Shown piece by piece: positions 41,565-50,893 of a stretch of DNA of 52,277 nt. Position 1 is the stretch's first letter. Every line of letters starts with the position of its first letter. This stretch comes from a virus (taxonomy: Duplodnaviria > Caudoviricetes): the IMG/VR virus record IMGVR_UViG_3300020172_002521, positions 1-52,277 of that record, one strand, 5' to 3'. The notes below the pieces were generated by a model. The model searched no databases. It was given only the letters and a program-made list of their open reading frames with translations, and was not told the DNA's origin. The position numbers were made by a program, and so were the translations under genes.

Positions 41565-42447
41565 CAATTATCTTAGAAGTTGGGGCAATGGACCTACCTG
41601 GACTGTGGAGATTGATCCACCACGCAGACCTGTAAGAAGTTATTATGAAGAAACACTAATTGCCGCAGAGATGCTATGGGAACGTAAACAGGGCAAACTT
41701 CAACTCTGCTATAGCGGCGGGCTTGACAGCGAATATGTACTCAGCATACTTTTAAAATTTGGTATGACTGTAGAAGTAGTGATCATGCGTACACAATACA
41801 ACCATCATGAGACACAATATGCTTTTAAATTCTGTGAAGCTAAAAATATCACTCCTACAGTTGTAGATTTAGACTATGATAAATTTGTCGAGTCTGGTCA
41901 AATGTTATCCATTGCAGAATCAATTAAATGTGCAGCATATCAAATTCCCTGTAACATGTGGTTAGCTAGTCAACTCGACGGCACTGTAATAACAGGCAAT
42001 GATCCACCTCATTTAAAATTAAATCCCAAAGATAATTTATGGTATCTCGATGAAGAAGAAGTTATACATAGTCAGTTAACTTATTGGAAAAAAAATAGCC
42101 TAGAAGGAACACCATTTTTTCTAAGTTATACTCCAGAACAAATGTTAGCTTTTCTTATTGATCCTACAATTGAAAAATTAGCCAATCATGAGTTTCCTGG
42201 GAGGCTAGGAACTAATTCATCAAAGGTTCATGTGTTTAACAGAGGAACCGGATTTAATCTAGAACAACGAGTAAAGCAGCACGGCTACGAACATGTAGAA
42301 ACAAGTTCGATATTTCAACATCCAGATATGCAGACAGTTATGTCATACAAAAATAAATGGCTAGGAACGTCAGATCATCAATATCATAAAGTTGTAAAAA
42401 CTTTATCTTCCGGGTTGACTTCTACAGCAACAACATCTATAATGTAA
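41548..42447 (+). CDS. PP-loop (adenine nucleotide alpha-hydrolase-like) protein
   Basis: LCYSGGLDSE motif; VITG. Confidence 0.7.
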   Translation: MQLVDNNYLRSWGNGPTWTVEIDPPRRPVRSYYEETLIAAEMLWERKQGKLQLCYSGGLDSEYVLSILLKFGMTVEVVIMRTQYNHHETQYAFKFCEAKNITPTVVDLDYDKFVESGQMLSIAESIKCAAYQIPCNMWLASQLDGTVITGNDPPHLKLNPKDNLWYLDEEEVIHSQLTYWKKNSLEGTPFFLSYTPEQMLAFLIDPTIEKLANHEFPGRLGTNSSKVHVFNRGTGFNLEQRVKQHGYEHVETSSIFQHPDMQTVMSYKNKWLGTSDHQYHKVVKTLSSGLTSTATTSIM

Positions 42448-42449
42448 CT

Positions 42450-43010
42450 ATGGCAAAAAACTTTATATACTTAGATTGCCCAAATCAGGAAATTATAGCT
42501 AAAAAATCTTTAGAGTACCTTAGTACAACAAAATGGCTATCGACTGTTGCTCATTGGCGTGGACCAATTAACGGTAGCGAGTTAACACAGTTATTAGACA
42601 ATGTTCCTGAATTGGTCGAATGGCTCGATAGCCTACATCTGCAGCCTGCCCAATTTTGGATAATAGGATATTTTGCTACATCTAGCATACATCTCGATTC
42701 TGGTATTCCATATCCTAGAATAAATTTTCCTTTAATTAATACTGTAGGAACAGCCATAACAGAATTTTATGATATAAAGAATATGGAAAAAATTGAACAT
42801 AAAGATTGGGGAGTACCGTTTTGGTATTTAAAATATAATCCAGCCGATGCGGTAATGATCGATTCCTACGAATTAACGCAACCAGTTGTATTCAATCCAG
42901 ATATTCCACATCGAGTAAGGTTCGATACACCAATGTCTCCGGCAAATCCGAGATTGGCTTTCTCTATGTATTTTTATAATCCGCCATACCACATGCTAGG
43001 CCTAGAATGA
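42450..43010 (+). CDS. putative cupin/2OG-Fe(II) oxygenase-like protein
   Basis: IHLD...RINFP...PHRV...RLAFS pattern. Confidence 0.55.
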   Translation: MAKNFIYLDCPNQEIIAKKSLEYLSTTKWLSTVAHWRGPINGSELTQLLDNVPELVEWLDSLHLQPAQFWIIGYFATSSIHLDSGIPYPRINFPLINTVGTAITEFYDIKNMEKIEHKDWGVPFWYLKYNPADAVMIDSYELTQPVVFNPDIPHRVRFDTPMSPANPRLAFSMYFYNPPYHMLGLE

Positions 43011-43471
43011 AACCATTATCATCGCAAGATATTTTATCAATACTTCCACACCGTTATCCGTTTCTAATGATAGATCGAGTATTAGACTACGATGCAACAA
43101 CTATAACAGCGGTTAAAAACTTTACCATCAACGAACCCTATGTACAAGGACATTTTCCAGGTAACCACATTATGCCAGGAGTTATGATGGTTGAAGCCAT
43201 GGCACAGGCCAGTACTATTTTAGCATTCAAATATGTTGAGGACGTAATGCCTTCGGAAGATTTTTTCAAGTATATGGCCAAAGGTGCCGGAATACTATTT
43301 GTGGGTGCAGACCAGGTTAGATTTAAAAAGGTGGTATTACCCGGAGAGCAACTGATAATTTACTCTACGCTGACGAGAAATGCTAGAAATATTTTTGAGT
43401 TTGATGCTCGAATTGAAGTAGATGGAATAATTGTCACCGAAGGCAAACTAAAAGCACTCGGCGGAGTCTAA
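43007..43471 (+). CDS. fabZ: 3-hydroxyacyl-ACP dehydratase
   Basis: LPHRYPFLMIDRV; GHFPGNHIMPGVMMVEAMAQ; VRFKKVVLPG. Confidence 0.93.
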   Translation: MKPLSSQDILSILPHRYPFLMIDRVLDYDATTITAVKNFTINEPYVQGHFPGNHIMPGVMMVEAMAQASTILAFKYVEDVMPSEDFFKYMAKGAGILFVGADQVRFKKVVLPGEQLIIYSTLTRNARNIFEFDARIEVDGIIVTEGKLKALGGV

Positions 43472-43528
43472 GTCCACGTCTGTTATCAGTAAGCTAACGT
43501 TTATTTAAATAATTATATAGGAGATACT

Positions 43529-43906
43529 ATGAGTACCGAAAATTGGACACCCCGTTCTGAAGAAGAAGTTGAGCGTAGATTTATTGAAATGATCAACGTT
43601 TATCTCAAACTAGAGTTAGAATACCCACTTCCTCCAGAGATGAATATTAAAGATTTGAAAATTGTTAATAATAACGAGATTCAAAATCTTCCACCAGAGC
43701 TGTTTGAATTAGAAAAGAAAAATCTTGAAATTGATAGCATCGACATTCTTGAACTAGTAATTCAAGTTGAAGAAGAATTTGGCGTGGTTATTGACGATCA
43801 AGAAATTCCAAAGTTACTAGCATGGAAAGACTTGATTGGATATATTACAGATAGTCAAGAACCACCAAAACAAAAAACATCACCATCGACTACACCTGCC
43901 CCATGA
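43529..43906 (+). CDS. acyl carrier protein with insertion
   Basis: LEIDSIDILELVIQVEEEFGVVIDD; AGGAG SD. Confidence 0.82.
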   Translation: MSTENWTPRSEEEVERRFIEMINVYLKLELEYPLPPEMNIKDLKIVNNNEIQNLPPELFELEKKNLEIDSIDILELVIQVEEEFGVVIDDQEIPKLLAWKDLIGYITDSQEPPKQKTSPSTTPAP

Positions 43907-45078
43907 AAGATATCTATATAGTCGACTATCGGGTGCATGATTCTCTTGGAAACAATGTAGCATCTAACTACGAAAATATGCCCTTGTCAAAAGGTCCGCA
44001 GACAATAACTAGATATAATATTAACGATTATCCTTACATTTTAAGCACTAAAGGATTCCAGGCCGAATATATGGAGAATGGCCACTTATCGTACAAGACA
44101 GCAGTAAACATTACCAACGAATATCTCGAGAACTATAATAATGATTTATTCAAGGATAGTGTAGTGAGTGTTGGATCTTTTGCAATTAACTCTGCGATAA
44201 GAGAAGATTTTTATAAGTCTATGGATGATCATAAAAATCGTTACAGTCCTAGTAGATTATTTTCTAACAATCACGACTTATTGTCTGCATTAATATCTGG
44301 AAAAACAAAATCAGAAAACATGAATGTTAGTGTAAACGCTGCTTGCTCTAGCAGTATGTTTAATCTACATTTTGCATCAATGTTAATACAAACTGGCCAG
44401 ACAAACTCTGCTCTTGTTGGTGCAATAGATCATTCATTAAATCCTACTCTGCAATATTATTGGCAGTCATCAAGTGCATTATCAAATGCAGGCGGCGGAA
44501 CATCAAAACCTTTTGATAAGAATCGAGACGGGTTTTTACAAGGCGAAGGCGGTACCATTTGGTTTATCTGTGATGAAGAAACACTGGTAAAATATAATCT
44601 TAAACCAAAGGCAAAATTAAGATCAATTGCCAGCGGTGCTAAATTGACTAGTATGACTGCTCATGATAGAACTTGTGAAAATCAGTTAAAGATTATTAAC
44701 CAAGCATTGAAGCAGGCTAACTTAACTCCAAAAGATATTGCATTTTTTAATGCACATGCTACTAGTACACTAGTAGGCGACGATATTGAATTAGATGTCT
44801 TTCAACGTGCATTTGAAGGTGTAGATATTCCTATTGTTGGGTTTAAAGGTTACATAGGGCATACTATGAGTGCCTGCGGGTTAATTGAAGCAGCCTACGG
44901 AATAGAAGCAGTTAAGAACGGATACTTACAACCAAACTTTTCTTTAGACAATCCCCTTAGTGATGATCCTAGACTAATTACTAAGAAGACTGATTTAAAA
45001 GGAAATATCTTTATGAAAGCAAGTTTTGGCTTTGGTGGTCGAACTTCTATTGCTATCATAGAGTCATTAGAAGGATAA
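43903..45078 (+). CDS. beta-ketoacyl-ACP synthase (FabF/FabB-like)
   Basis: AACSSS (Cys), PFDKNRDGF..GEG, NAHATST (His), KGYIGH (His) and SFGFGG. Confidence 0.9.
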   Translation: MKDIYIVDYRVHDSLGNNVASNYENMPLSKGPQTITRYNINDYPYILSTKGFQAEYMENGHLSYKTAVNITNEYLENYNNDLFKDSVVSVGSFAINSAIREDFYKSMDDHKNRYSPSRLFSNNHDLLSALISGKTKSENMNVSVNAACSSSMFNLHFASMLIQTGQTNSALVGAIDHSLNPTLQYYWQSSSALSNAGGGTSKPFDKNRDGFLQGEGGTIWFICDEETLVKYNLKPKAKLRSIASGAKLTSMTAHDRTCENQLKIINQALKQANLTPKDIAFFNAHATSTLVGDDIELDVFQRAFEGVDIPIVGFKGYIGHTMSACGLIEAAYGIEAVKNGYLQPNFSLDNPLSDDPRLITKKTDLKGNIFMKASFGFGGRTSIAIIESLEG

Positions 45079-45081
45079 AAA

Positions 45082-45906
45082 ATGCCAGATAAAAGAGTTG
45101 TAGAACTTGTTAGGAATACAGTTGGCAGAAATAGCTGGGCCAACGAGCAAAGGACGGCTTATCAACATTTTGATCCTCAATACAATTTTCCAGATTGGTA
45201 CCTTAAAGAAATACATAGGATGAATAAAAAATATCGTCCTATCCGATGGATTCCTTTAGATGTTCCAAAATTTGAAATTGACATGGCAGAATTTATGGAC
45301 ATTTGGGATCGAGAAAATATTGATATACTTAGGACAGGTACTGATGCAGCAGAACCGTGGCCAAAGGAAGCCCATCCATTAGGCAAGGCCAGTAATTGGT
45401 ATAACCCACAATTTAAGGGACTTGATTTTTATACCTATAATAAAGATAATTTCCTAGAAACAAAATGTATGGGCTGGTCAGCGAAATTATACGAACATCC
45501 GTTGTTCACACCTATTATTGAACAAATTAAAGATACTCTTCCTTTCCAAATAGTTAGCCATTTGTATATATGGGAAAGTGTACGTGAAGTTTATCCACAT
45601 CGAGATGACGATTATTTTTGGGATATGCCAACTATGTTTCGTATTATGCTCAATGATGAAAACACACAACCGACATTATATGTTTGCGATGTAGATCACG
45701 GAGATCTACATTATATTGATCCTCCTCCCGAGACTAATACATTTGCATGGTCAAACGGTTCTCAGATTCACGGTAGTGATTTTCACGGAAAGAGAAAACA
45801 AATAATATGTATCAATGGAGTTTTCCATCCTAAAAAATACGAAGAATTAATGGATCGGAGTATTGAGAAATATCAAAACAAACTCAATTACAAATTAGAA
45901 ATGTAA
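45082..45906 (+). CDS. putative 2OG-Fe(II)/cupin oxygenase-like protein
   Basis: VYPHRD...FRIML...FAWSNG..IHGS..K pattern. Confidence 0.5.
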   Translation: MPDKRVVELVRNTVGRNSWANEQRTAYQHFDPQYNFPDWYLKEIHRMNKKYRPIRWIPLDVPKFEIDMAEFMDIWDRENIDILRTGTDAAEPWPKEAHPLGKASNWYNPQFKGLDFYTYNKDNFLETKCMGWSAKLYEHPLFTPIIEQIKDTLPFQIVSHLYIWESVREVYPHRDDDYFWDMPTMFRIMLNDENTQPTLYVCDVDHGDLHYIDPPPETNTFAWSNGSQIHGSDFHGKRKQIICINGVFHPKKYEELMDRSIEKYQNKLNYKLEM

Positions 45907-46239
45907 AAATTGATCAGTGTCGACAAACTGAATTTTAACTCCAGTTTCTTTACTTAATGATTGAATCATTTCCCATAAATTTACAGTCTGTAGATCGGTT
46001 GCATATACATCAAAATTTTCTTTACTGTCAAATACAACCTGACTGATAATTTTTGCAGTATTTTTATATTCAATTAATGTATGAGAGTTGTATAAAAATC
46101 CTGGCCGTTCGGCTAGTTGAGATCTAATTGTGGCATACATAGGATTATGATACAAAGCATCGGCCCAAGCTCTCAATTTTGGACCAGGCCGTTGTTCTGT
46201 TTGATCAACAATAGTAGTAGTAGATACCCTTGCGTACAT
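45895..46239 (-). CDS. hypothetical protein (possible dimeric alpha+beta barrel)
   Basis: RPGFL...VVFDSKENFDVY; AAGGA SD before MYARV. Confidence 0.5.
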   Translation of the reverse strand: MYARVSTTTIVDQTEQRPGPKLRAWADALYHNPMYATIRSQLAERPGFLYNSHTLIEYKNTAKIISQVVFDSKENFDVYATDLQTVNLWEMIQSLSKETGVKIQFVDTDQFLHF

Positions 46240-46313
46240 TTTAAATTCCTTTGTTTCAGATATTTTATTTACTATTAACAAAAACGATAATTACTAAAAA
46301 AGGACGGCATACA

Positions 46314-46652
46314 ATGTATACCAGAAAATATCGATTAGTCTGTACAGAAGGACCTAAGATGAAAAGATTTAAAGTAGTAACTACACAAAATCTTTCATTC
46401 AGTCAAATGATGAGGAGATATAACATCCCTACATCCGGACTGGTTAATGTAGTCGACGACCACTTTGATGACGAACGTTGGGAAATTACTTCAGAGTGGG
46501 AAAGTAAAGAAGCATTTGAAAAATCACAACAGCATCCTTATAGAAAAATGTTTTGGACACGCTTTGAATTAGAGTGTCACCGACACGGTATTAGATTTTT
46601 TATTACTGATGGTGATACCGGCGAGGAGACTGAACCATTCTCATTCGACTAA
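46314..46652 (+). CDS. ABM-like (dimeric alpha+beta barrel) protein
   Basis: ITSEWESKEAFEKS motif typical of ABM domains; AAGGA SD. Confidence 0.5.
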   Translation: MYTRKYRLVCTEGPKMKRFKVVTTQNLSFSQMMRRYNIPTSGLVNVVDDHFDDERWEITSEWESKEAFEKSQQHPYRKMFWTRFELECHRHGIRFFITDGDTGEETEPFSFD

Positions 46653-47243
46653 TACTCCCATTCGTATAGATATCGGAATAGGCCATGTACGATCAGTTAA
46701 TAATTTTTGTTGGTATTCGTATTTTGGTTCTTCTCCGGGAGAGAGATTACAATCCGTTGTAAATCGATATCTTGAAACTCTATAACCTTGTCTGCCCATC
46801 CATGCAAATAATCTTTCCCCAAAACCAGCAGATTTTAATGTATTATCTTGTCGGTTTTCATAAACAACAAAAAATCTACTAAGTTTCCTATTAATTTCCA
46901 TTTCGTCAAATAACATTTGATCCCACTGCCTAAACGCTTTAGCACCTTCAACAGTGTACATTTTGTCATGATGACCGTCACTGATCCAATATCCCCAGGA
47001 CCAGCTAGGAGATCCCGAAAACTCTTTGCAAATTAGAGCTCCAAATAATTTTCCGTTGACAAATATTCCAGGAACATAATATAACGGATCTTTAAAATAA
47101 TTTGGAATAATTTTTTCCATTTCATTATTAATAGTATATTTTAGTTGATCATCTGTGTAACCGTTAAATGTATATGGTCGAGACTTCATTAACTGTAATA
47201 ATTGTTCGCAATCGTTTATATTAAGAGTTCTATTTTCTATCAT
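46641..47243 (-). CDS. hypothetical protein (possible GNAT-like fold)
   Basis: Begins MIENRTLNINDCEQLLQL; GIFVNGKLFG. Confidence 0.45.
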   Translation of the reverse strand: MIENRTLNINDCEQLLQLMKSRPYTFNGYTDDQLKYTINNEMEKIIPNYFKDPLYYVPGIFVNGKLFGALICKEFSGSPSWSWGYWISDGHHDKMYTVEGAKAFRQWDQMLFDEMEINRKLSRFFVVYENRQDNTLKSAGFGERLFAWMGRQGYRVSRYRFTTDCNLSPGEEPKYEYQQKLLTDRTWPIPISIRMGVLVE

Positions 47244-47294
47244 AAATCTATTTACATATTTTCTAGGTTTATAAATATTAAAAAGGATTGTATC

Positions 47295-47657
47295 ATGAAA
47301 AAAATAATTATGACATTTGAAATGAAAAATCAAGAAGTGCTTGGAATTATGTATAATTCAGTTGACGTACACGCATTAGATACTGAATGTTTATCCGAAA
47401 TTGAAACTGAGTATTATGCTACACAAGACTATCATCGATTCGAAGGACATTGGTTTTTTGAAGATGATGCAGCATACGAGACTTGGTACGAACAACACGG
47501 AGCACTTAGAGACGAGCATCTTGCATCTCTTTTGGAATACCTTGAAGTAAACGAAGTAACTGTGAAAACTTATTCTGAGATTGAAAATTCTCGTATGCCA
47601 GGTGCATTACCATTCGATCAGTACGTTGGACTTCCTAATTTAATGCGAATGAGATGA
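47295..47657 (+). CDS. acidic hypothetical protein (possible alpha+beta barrel)
   Basis: AAGGA SD; HWFFEDDAAYETW. Confidence 0.55.
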   Translation: MKKIIMTFEMKNQEVLGIMYNSVDVHALDTECLSEIETEYYATQDYHRFEGHWFFEDDAAYETWYEQHGALRDEHLASLLEYLEVNEVTVKTYSEIENSRMPGALPFDQYVGLPNLMRMR

Positions 47658-48850
47658 TATTAGTAACTGATGATTTTTCTGAATCTTGGCAGAAAGAAAA
47701 AATAAATCAGAATTTTTATATTGTATACAATTTAGCTAGAACTGAAGTTCCTAGAACTGCATATAATATCAGCGATGTAATCTATCTATATTCGTTGTTA
47801 TTGAAAGAACCAGGTATTGTTAATATCGAATACCACGAGTCTAACGATAAACTATTTCAAGAAATACGAGTTATATGGTGGAATAAAAAATATTACCAAG
47901 ACTGGGCCAACACTCATAGTGATCAATATAAAAACTTAACAGATTATTTTGATCAATATAAAATACAACATAACATTGAATATGAACGTATTACTTCTGA
48001 TGAAGGATATGTTAGTGAGTTTCCTTATATCGAATATCCTAAAAAGAACGAGTTAGTTAGTTGGACGTTAATTGATTTTTATAAAGAGTATGTAATAAAA
48101 AATATTATTCCTTTAGGCGTATATAGGGGCGTGTATTTAGGTAACGGTGATTTTGACGATCCTAAAAAGCAGCCGGGAACTCTCTCAGGAGCTAGATTCA
48201 TGAAAGAAAGAACTAGCAGTATAGTGCGGAATCCAGAGAACAGAAATAAAAATATAAAAAACTTTCCCTGCAAGGCCCTGTCATACACGATCGATCATGC
48301 TGTTCAAGTAGCGATGTATGATGCTCCTATAGTTTATAAAAGATTTAGTAAACTTGTAACTGATGTAGAAAAATTTGCAGAAACATATATATCAGAGTGT
48401 ACTCAGTCTGCGGTTAATTTTGGCCACAGCTCATTAGGATCACAAATACTTACACATACACACCAGTTATCTAATGATAAAAGACTAACATTAACAATAG
48501 CAGTTAGACTCACATTTCACGATAAACCTGTAACATATAAATTTTGGAATCCTATTGACGATCTTGATCCAAATTTAGACAAATATTACGGATCGTCTGA
48601 TCTTGTAGCAGAGTACATAGACAATCAAACACCAATAGAAATACAATCAGAATATCGATCGAGTGTGTTGGTGTTTAACGGAAGTTATACCCCACATACT
48701 GTAGAATTTAATAATGATATCTATATGTACTTTGCCTACGATAATGTAGTATTCAAGCCTGATGCTTTAGAAAAGATAAAGCAACAAAGCGAAAGGTCTG
48801 CTTTCACAGACCTCGAAGAAGAAAAACATCTATACTTCTTTAACTTTTAA
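47654..48850 (+). CDS. hypothetical protein; possible C-terminal cupin/oxygenase-like domain
   Basis: 398 aa; LTHTH...VLVFNGSYTPHTV. Confidence 0.55.
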   Translation: MILVTDDFSESWQKEKINQNFYIVYNLARTEVPRTAYNISDVIYLYSLLLKEPGIVNIEYHESNDKLFQEIRVIWWNKKYYQDWANTHSDQYKNLTDYFDQYKIQHNIEYERITSDEGYVSEFPYIEYPKKNELVSWTLIDFYKEYVIKNIIPLGVYRGVYLGNGDFDDPKKQPGTLSGARFMKERTSSIVRNPENRNKNIKNFPCKALSYTIDHAVQVAMYDAPIVYKRFSKLVTDVEKFAETYISECTQSAVNFGHSSLGSQILTHTHQLSNDKRLTLTIAVRLTFHDKPVTYKFWNPIDDLDPNLDKYYGSSDLVAEYIDNQTPIEIQSEYRSSVLVFNGSYTPHTVEFNNDIYMYFAYDNVVFKPDALEKIKQQSERSAFTDLEEEKHLYFFNF

Positions 48851-49017
48851 TCGTTGTCTTTTGGACGTTTTTCTTTATGGCGGACATTTCCAAACAACTC
48901 TGCCTGGATCATAATACGTTTTTGAATGCCTCTTTGTTGAGGATCGACAATAGTAGCCAATTCTCTCTTAATATTTTTACTCATTTTGTAATTAGGTCCT
49001 GGTTTGATATATGACAT
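48847..49017 (-). CDS. small basic hypothetical protein
   Basis: Hand-translated 56-aa ORF MSYIKPGPNYKMSKNIKR...; AAGGA SD. Confidence 0.55.
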   Translation of the reverse strand: MSYIKPGPNYKMSKNIKRELATIVDPQQRGIQKRIMIQAELFGNVRHKEKRPKDND

Positions 49018-49037
49018 TATTTTTCCTTTTATTAAAT

Positions 49038-49112
49038 TGGTCCGGCGTAGAGGAATCGAACCTCTATTGACGGCTTAGAAGGCCGCTGTATTATCCGTTA
49101 TACTAACGCCAG
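49038..49112 (-). tRNA. tRNA-Arg(UCU)
   Basis: CTGGCGT/ACGCCGG acceptor; GCGGC-CTTCTAA-GCCGT anticodon arm; CCA encoded. Confidence 0.93.
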
Positions 49113-49120
49113 TTATATAT

Positions 49121-49149
49121 ATTATACTTGAGATTCCTATTTATTGCAA
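49121..49149 (-). promoter_or_regulatory. sigma70-type promoter for tRNA-Arg
   Basis: TTGCAA-N17-TATAAT. Confidence 0.7.
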
Positions 49150-49161
49150 GATATTTTAGTC

Positions 49162-49189
49162 AAAAAAATAGCACCCGGAGGTGCTATTT
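49162..49189 (-). terminator. intrinsic terminator
   Basis: AAATAGCACC-TCCG-GGTGCTATTT followed by a T run, after the vWA gene. Confidence 0.85.
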
Positions 49190-49202
49190 AAAACTCTCGT
49201 TT

Positions 49203-50612
49203 TTAGATATCGTAGCGTGGGACCATTATAGTCTTAAGCATGATGCCTTCTGGAGTGAACTGATCCAAATCAGCGGCTAGCAAGCTAGTCATGATTGATG
49301 GACTAAATCCACTTACCAATGCGGCACCACTCTTGTCAGCGGCCACAGGCACATTGTCTGAACTGTTTAGGTTCCAGAAAACAATCTGTGGCATGTTGTA
49401 GCCAGCGGCTTCGAACTTACGTCCGATCATTTCCATTGCGTTATCGTCGAAACGGGCGCATTGGTCAAACTGCATGTCTGACAAGATCAACAACATCTTT
49501 GGCATGTCGCTTTCTGGGACTGATCCCTTAACTGCAACGTCTAGGATTTTACTCATAGCCGCATGTAAGTTAGTGCTCATTTCCCAGTTGCTCTTAGACA
49601 TTTGGGTTACCTTGTCAACAATGTTACCCTTTAGAGTAACAAGTTCTGGCTTGCTAGAGAAAGTTAAGAATGTGTCCTTGAACACGCCCTTGTTCTTGTC
49701 TGCTAGATACAAGCCCAGGCTAACTGCTACGTCCAAACAACGAACGCCGGTGTTCTTACCTGCGGCGCAGGTCATAGAACCACTTACGTCAACTAGAGGT
49801 AGGATACTTGCGTCACCTACGTAGTTTGGCAGAGCGTCCCATTGTGCAATGACATGATCTGCTTCAGTCTTGTCAAACTTCACATATGAGTGTGCAATAC
49901 CCTTCAACACATCGTGTGGGTAAATTGCCGAAGCATTTACCTTAACAGTTGGGTCCTTGGCAACCAACTTAGCTACATACTCAGCGAACGCTGGGCTGTG
50001 ACGGTTGAATGCCTTCTTGTATTGGCGAGCCGCTACAGAAGGAACGTGTGAGAAGTTAATGTTGTCCCAGTCGTTGGCACACATTTGTGTTTCAACAACC
50101 TTGGTAAGACCAACTAAACTCTTACGGTATTGCTTTGGAGTCATTCCGAAGAATGTTCGGATTTCTGCGGCAATTGGTCCCTTGCGAGGAGTCCACTTTG
50201 CAGCCAATCCATTACTTTCACGAAGGGCATTACCCAACATTGTGTAAGCGGCTGACTTCAACTGCTTTGTTTCAAAGATAAAGATGTCGTCCCAACGTCC
50301 AACTTCTGGAACCTTGGCCAATAGACTCAAAGCTGCCTTTGGGTCACGCTTTTCTAGATGTACTAGAATATCGCGGAACAGTTGACGTTCACCTGCACCA
50401 CCACGGACATCACGTGCCCATTGTGCGATGCGTAGTGCTAGGTCAGAGTTTTCCACATAGGCGGCAGTGAAGTCGCCTGTGATGTCCTTACCACGGCTTG
50501 CACCGATCTTGTAGAACAGGTCAACTGTAGCCTTAGCTGTTGACTTACGAGCCTTCATGCCGTTGGCAGTACGGGCTTCTTGATTTGCTACTGCTGTTAC
50601 AAATGCGTTCAT
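49203..50612 (-). CDS. DUF2828-like Ro60/TROVE-related helical domain plus vWA protein
   Basis: ARDVRGGAGER, GRWDD and AAKWTPR; MIDAS VDVSGSM; STN, ILSDMQFD, IVFWN and VSGFSP. Confidence 0.8.
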   Translation of the reverse strand: MNAFVTAVANQEARTANGMKARKSTAKATVDLFYKIGASRGKDITGDFTAAYVENSDLALRIAQWARDVRGGAGERQLFRDILVHLEKRDPKAALSLLAKVPEVGRWDDIFIFETKQLKSAAYTMLGNALRESNGLAAKWTPRKGPIAAEIRTFFGMTPKQYRKSLVGLTKVVETQMCANDWDNINFSHVPSVAARQYKKAFNRHSPAFAEYVAKLVAKDPTVKVNASAIYPHDVLKGIAHSYVKFDKTEADHVIAQWDALPNYVGDASILPLVDVSGSMTCAAGKNTGVRCLDVAVSLGLYLADKNKGVFKDTFLTFSSKPELVTLKGNIVDKVTQMSKSNWEMSTNLHAAMSKILDVAVKGSVPESDMPKMLLILSDMQFDQCARFDDNAMEMIGRKFEAAGYNMPQIVFWNLNSSDNVPVAADKSGAALVSGFSPSIMTSLLAADLDQFTPEGIMLKTIMVPRYDI

Positions 50613-50625
50613 TTGTGTTTCCTTT

Positions 50626-50679
50626 CAGGTTATGTTTTTTTTCAGTTATGGTTGAAATTGTGTTGCTGTTAATAACCTA
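50626..50679 (-). ncRNA. structured RNA unit 1 (short)
   Basis: AGGTTAT-TA-ACAGCAA...ATAACCT-G closing stem. Confidence 0.55.
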
Positions 50680-50689
50680 TTAACTTTAA

Positions 50690-50856
50690 CAGGATCGTTG
50701 TTGACTGCTTTTATTTTACACAGGCCATCACTCTGTGCTCGTTGGGCTATTTCAATAGCTACCTTCAACGCTAGGCAGTTTTACGTGCTTTGCTCCAATA
50801 GGCTACCATAGTGATCCAACCTTCATAGTTGATTATGAATTGCTGTACCGATCCTA
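50690..50856 (-). ncRNA. structured RNA unit 2 (long, multibranch)
   Basis: AGGATCG-GT-ACAGCAA...CGATCCT-G closing stem; internal helices TTCATA/TATGAA, ACTGC/GCAGT, CGTTG/CAACG, GCTAT/ATAGC and CACAG/CTGTG. Confidence 0.6.
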
Positions 50857-50893
50857 AAACTTCTTAGCTTGCATTTCTGCTTGCTATGTATCT

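Noticed and set aside
38727-48850. Bacterial chromosomal fab operon or integrated mobile element
   Set aside because: No fabD, fabG, fabH or plsX, no integrase or transposase, and no att-like tRNA duplication seen; the flanks and promoters match the rest of the phage-like sequence
50626-50856. Canonical Y RNA/YrlA or a small ORF in the vWA leader
   Set aside because: No GGUCCGA-type Ro-binding bulged helix, no tRNA-like T-arm and no convincing ORF
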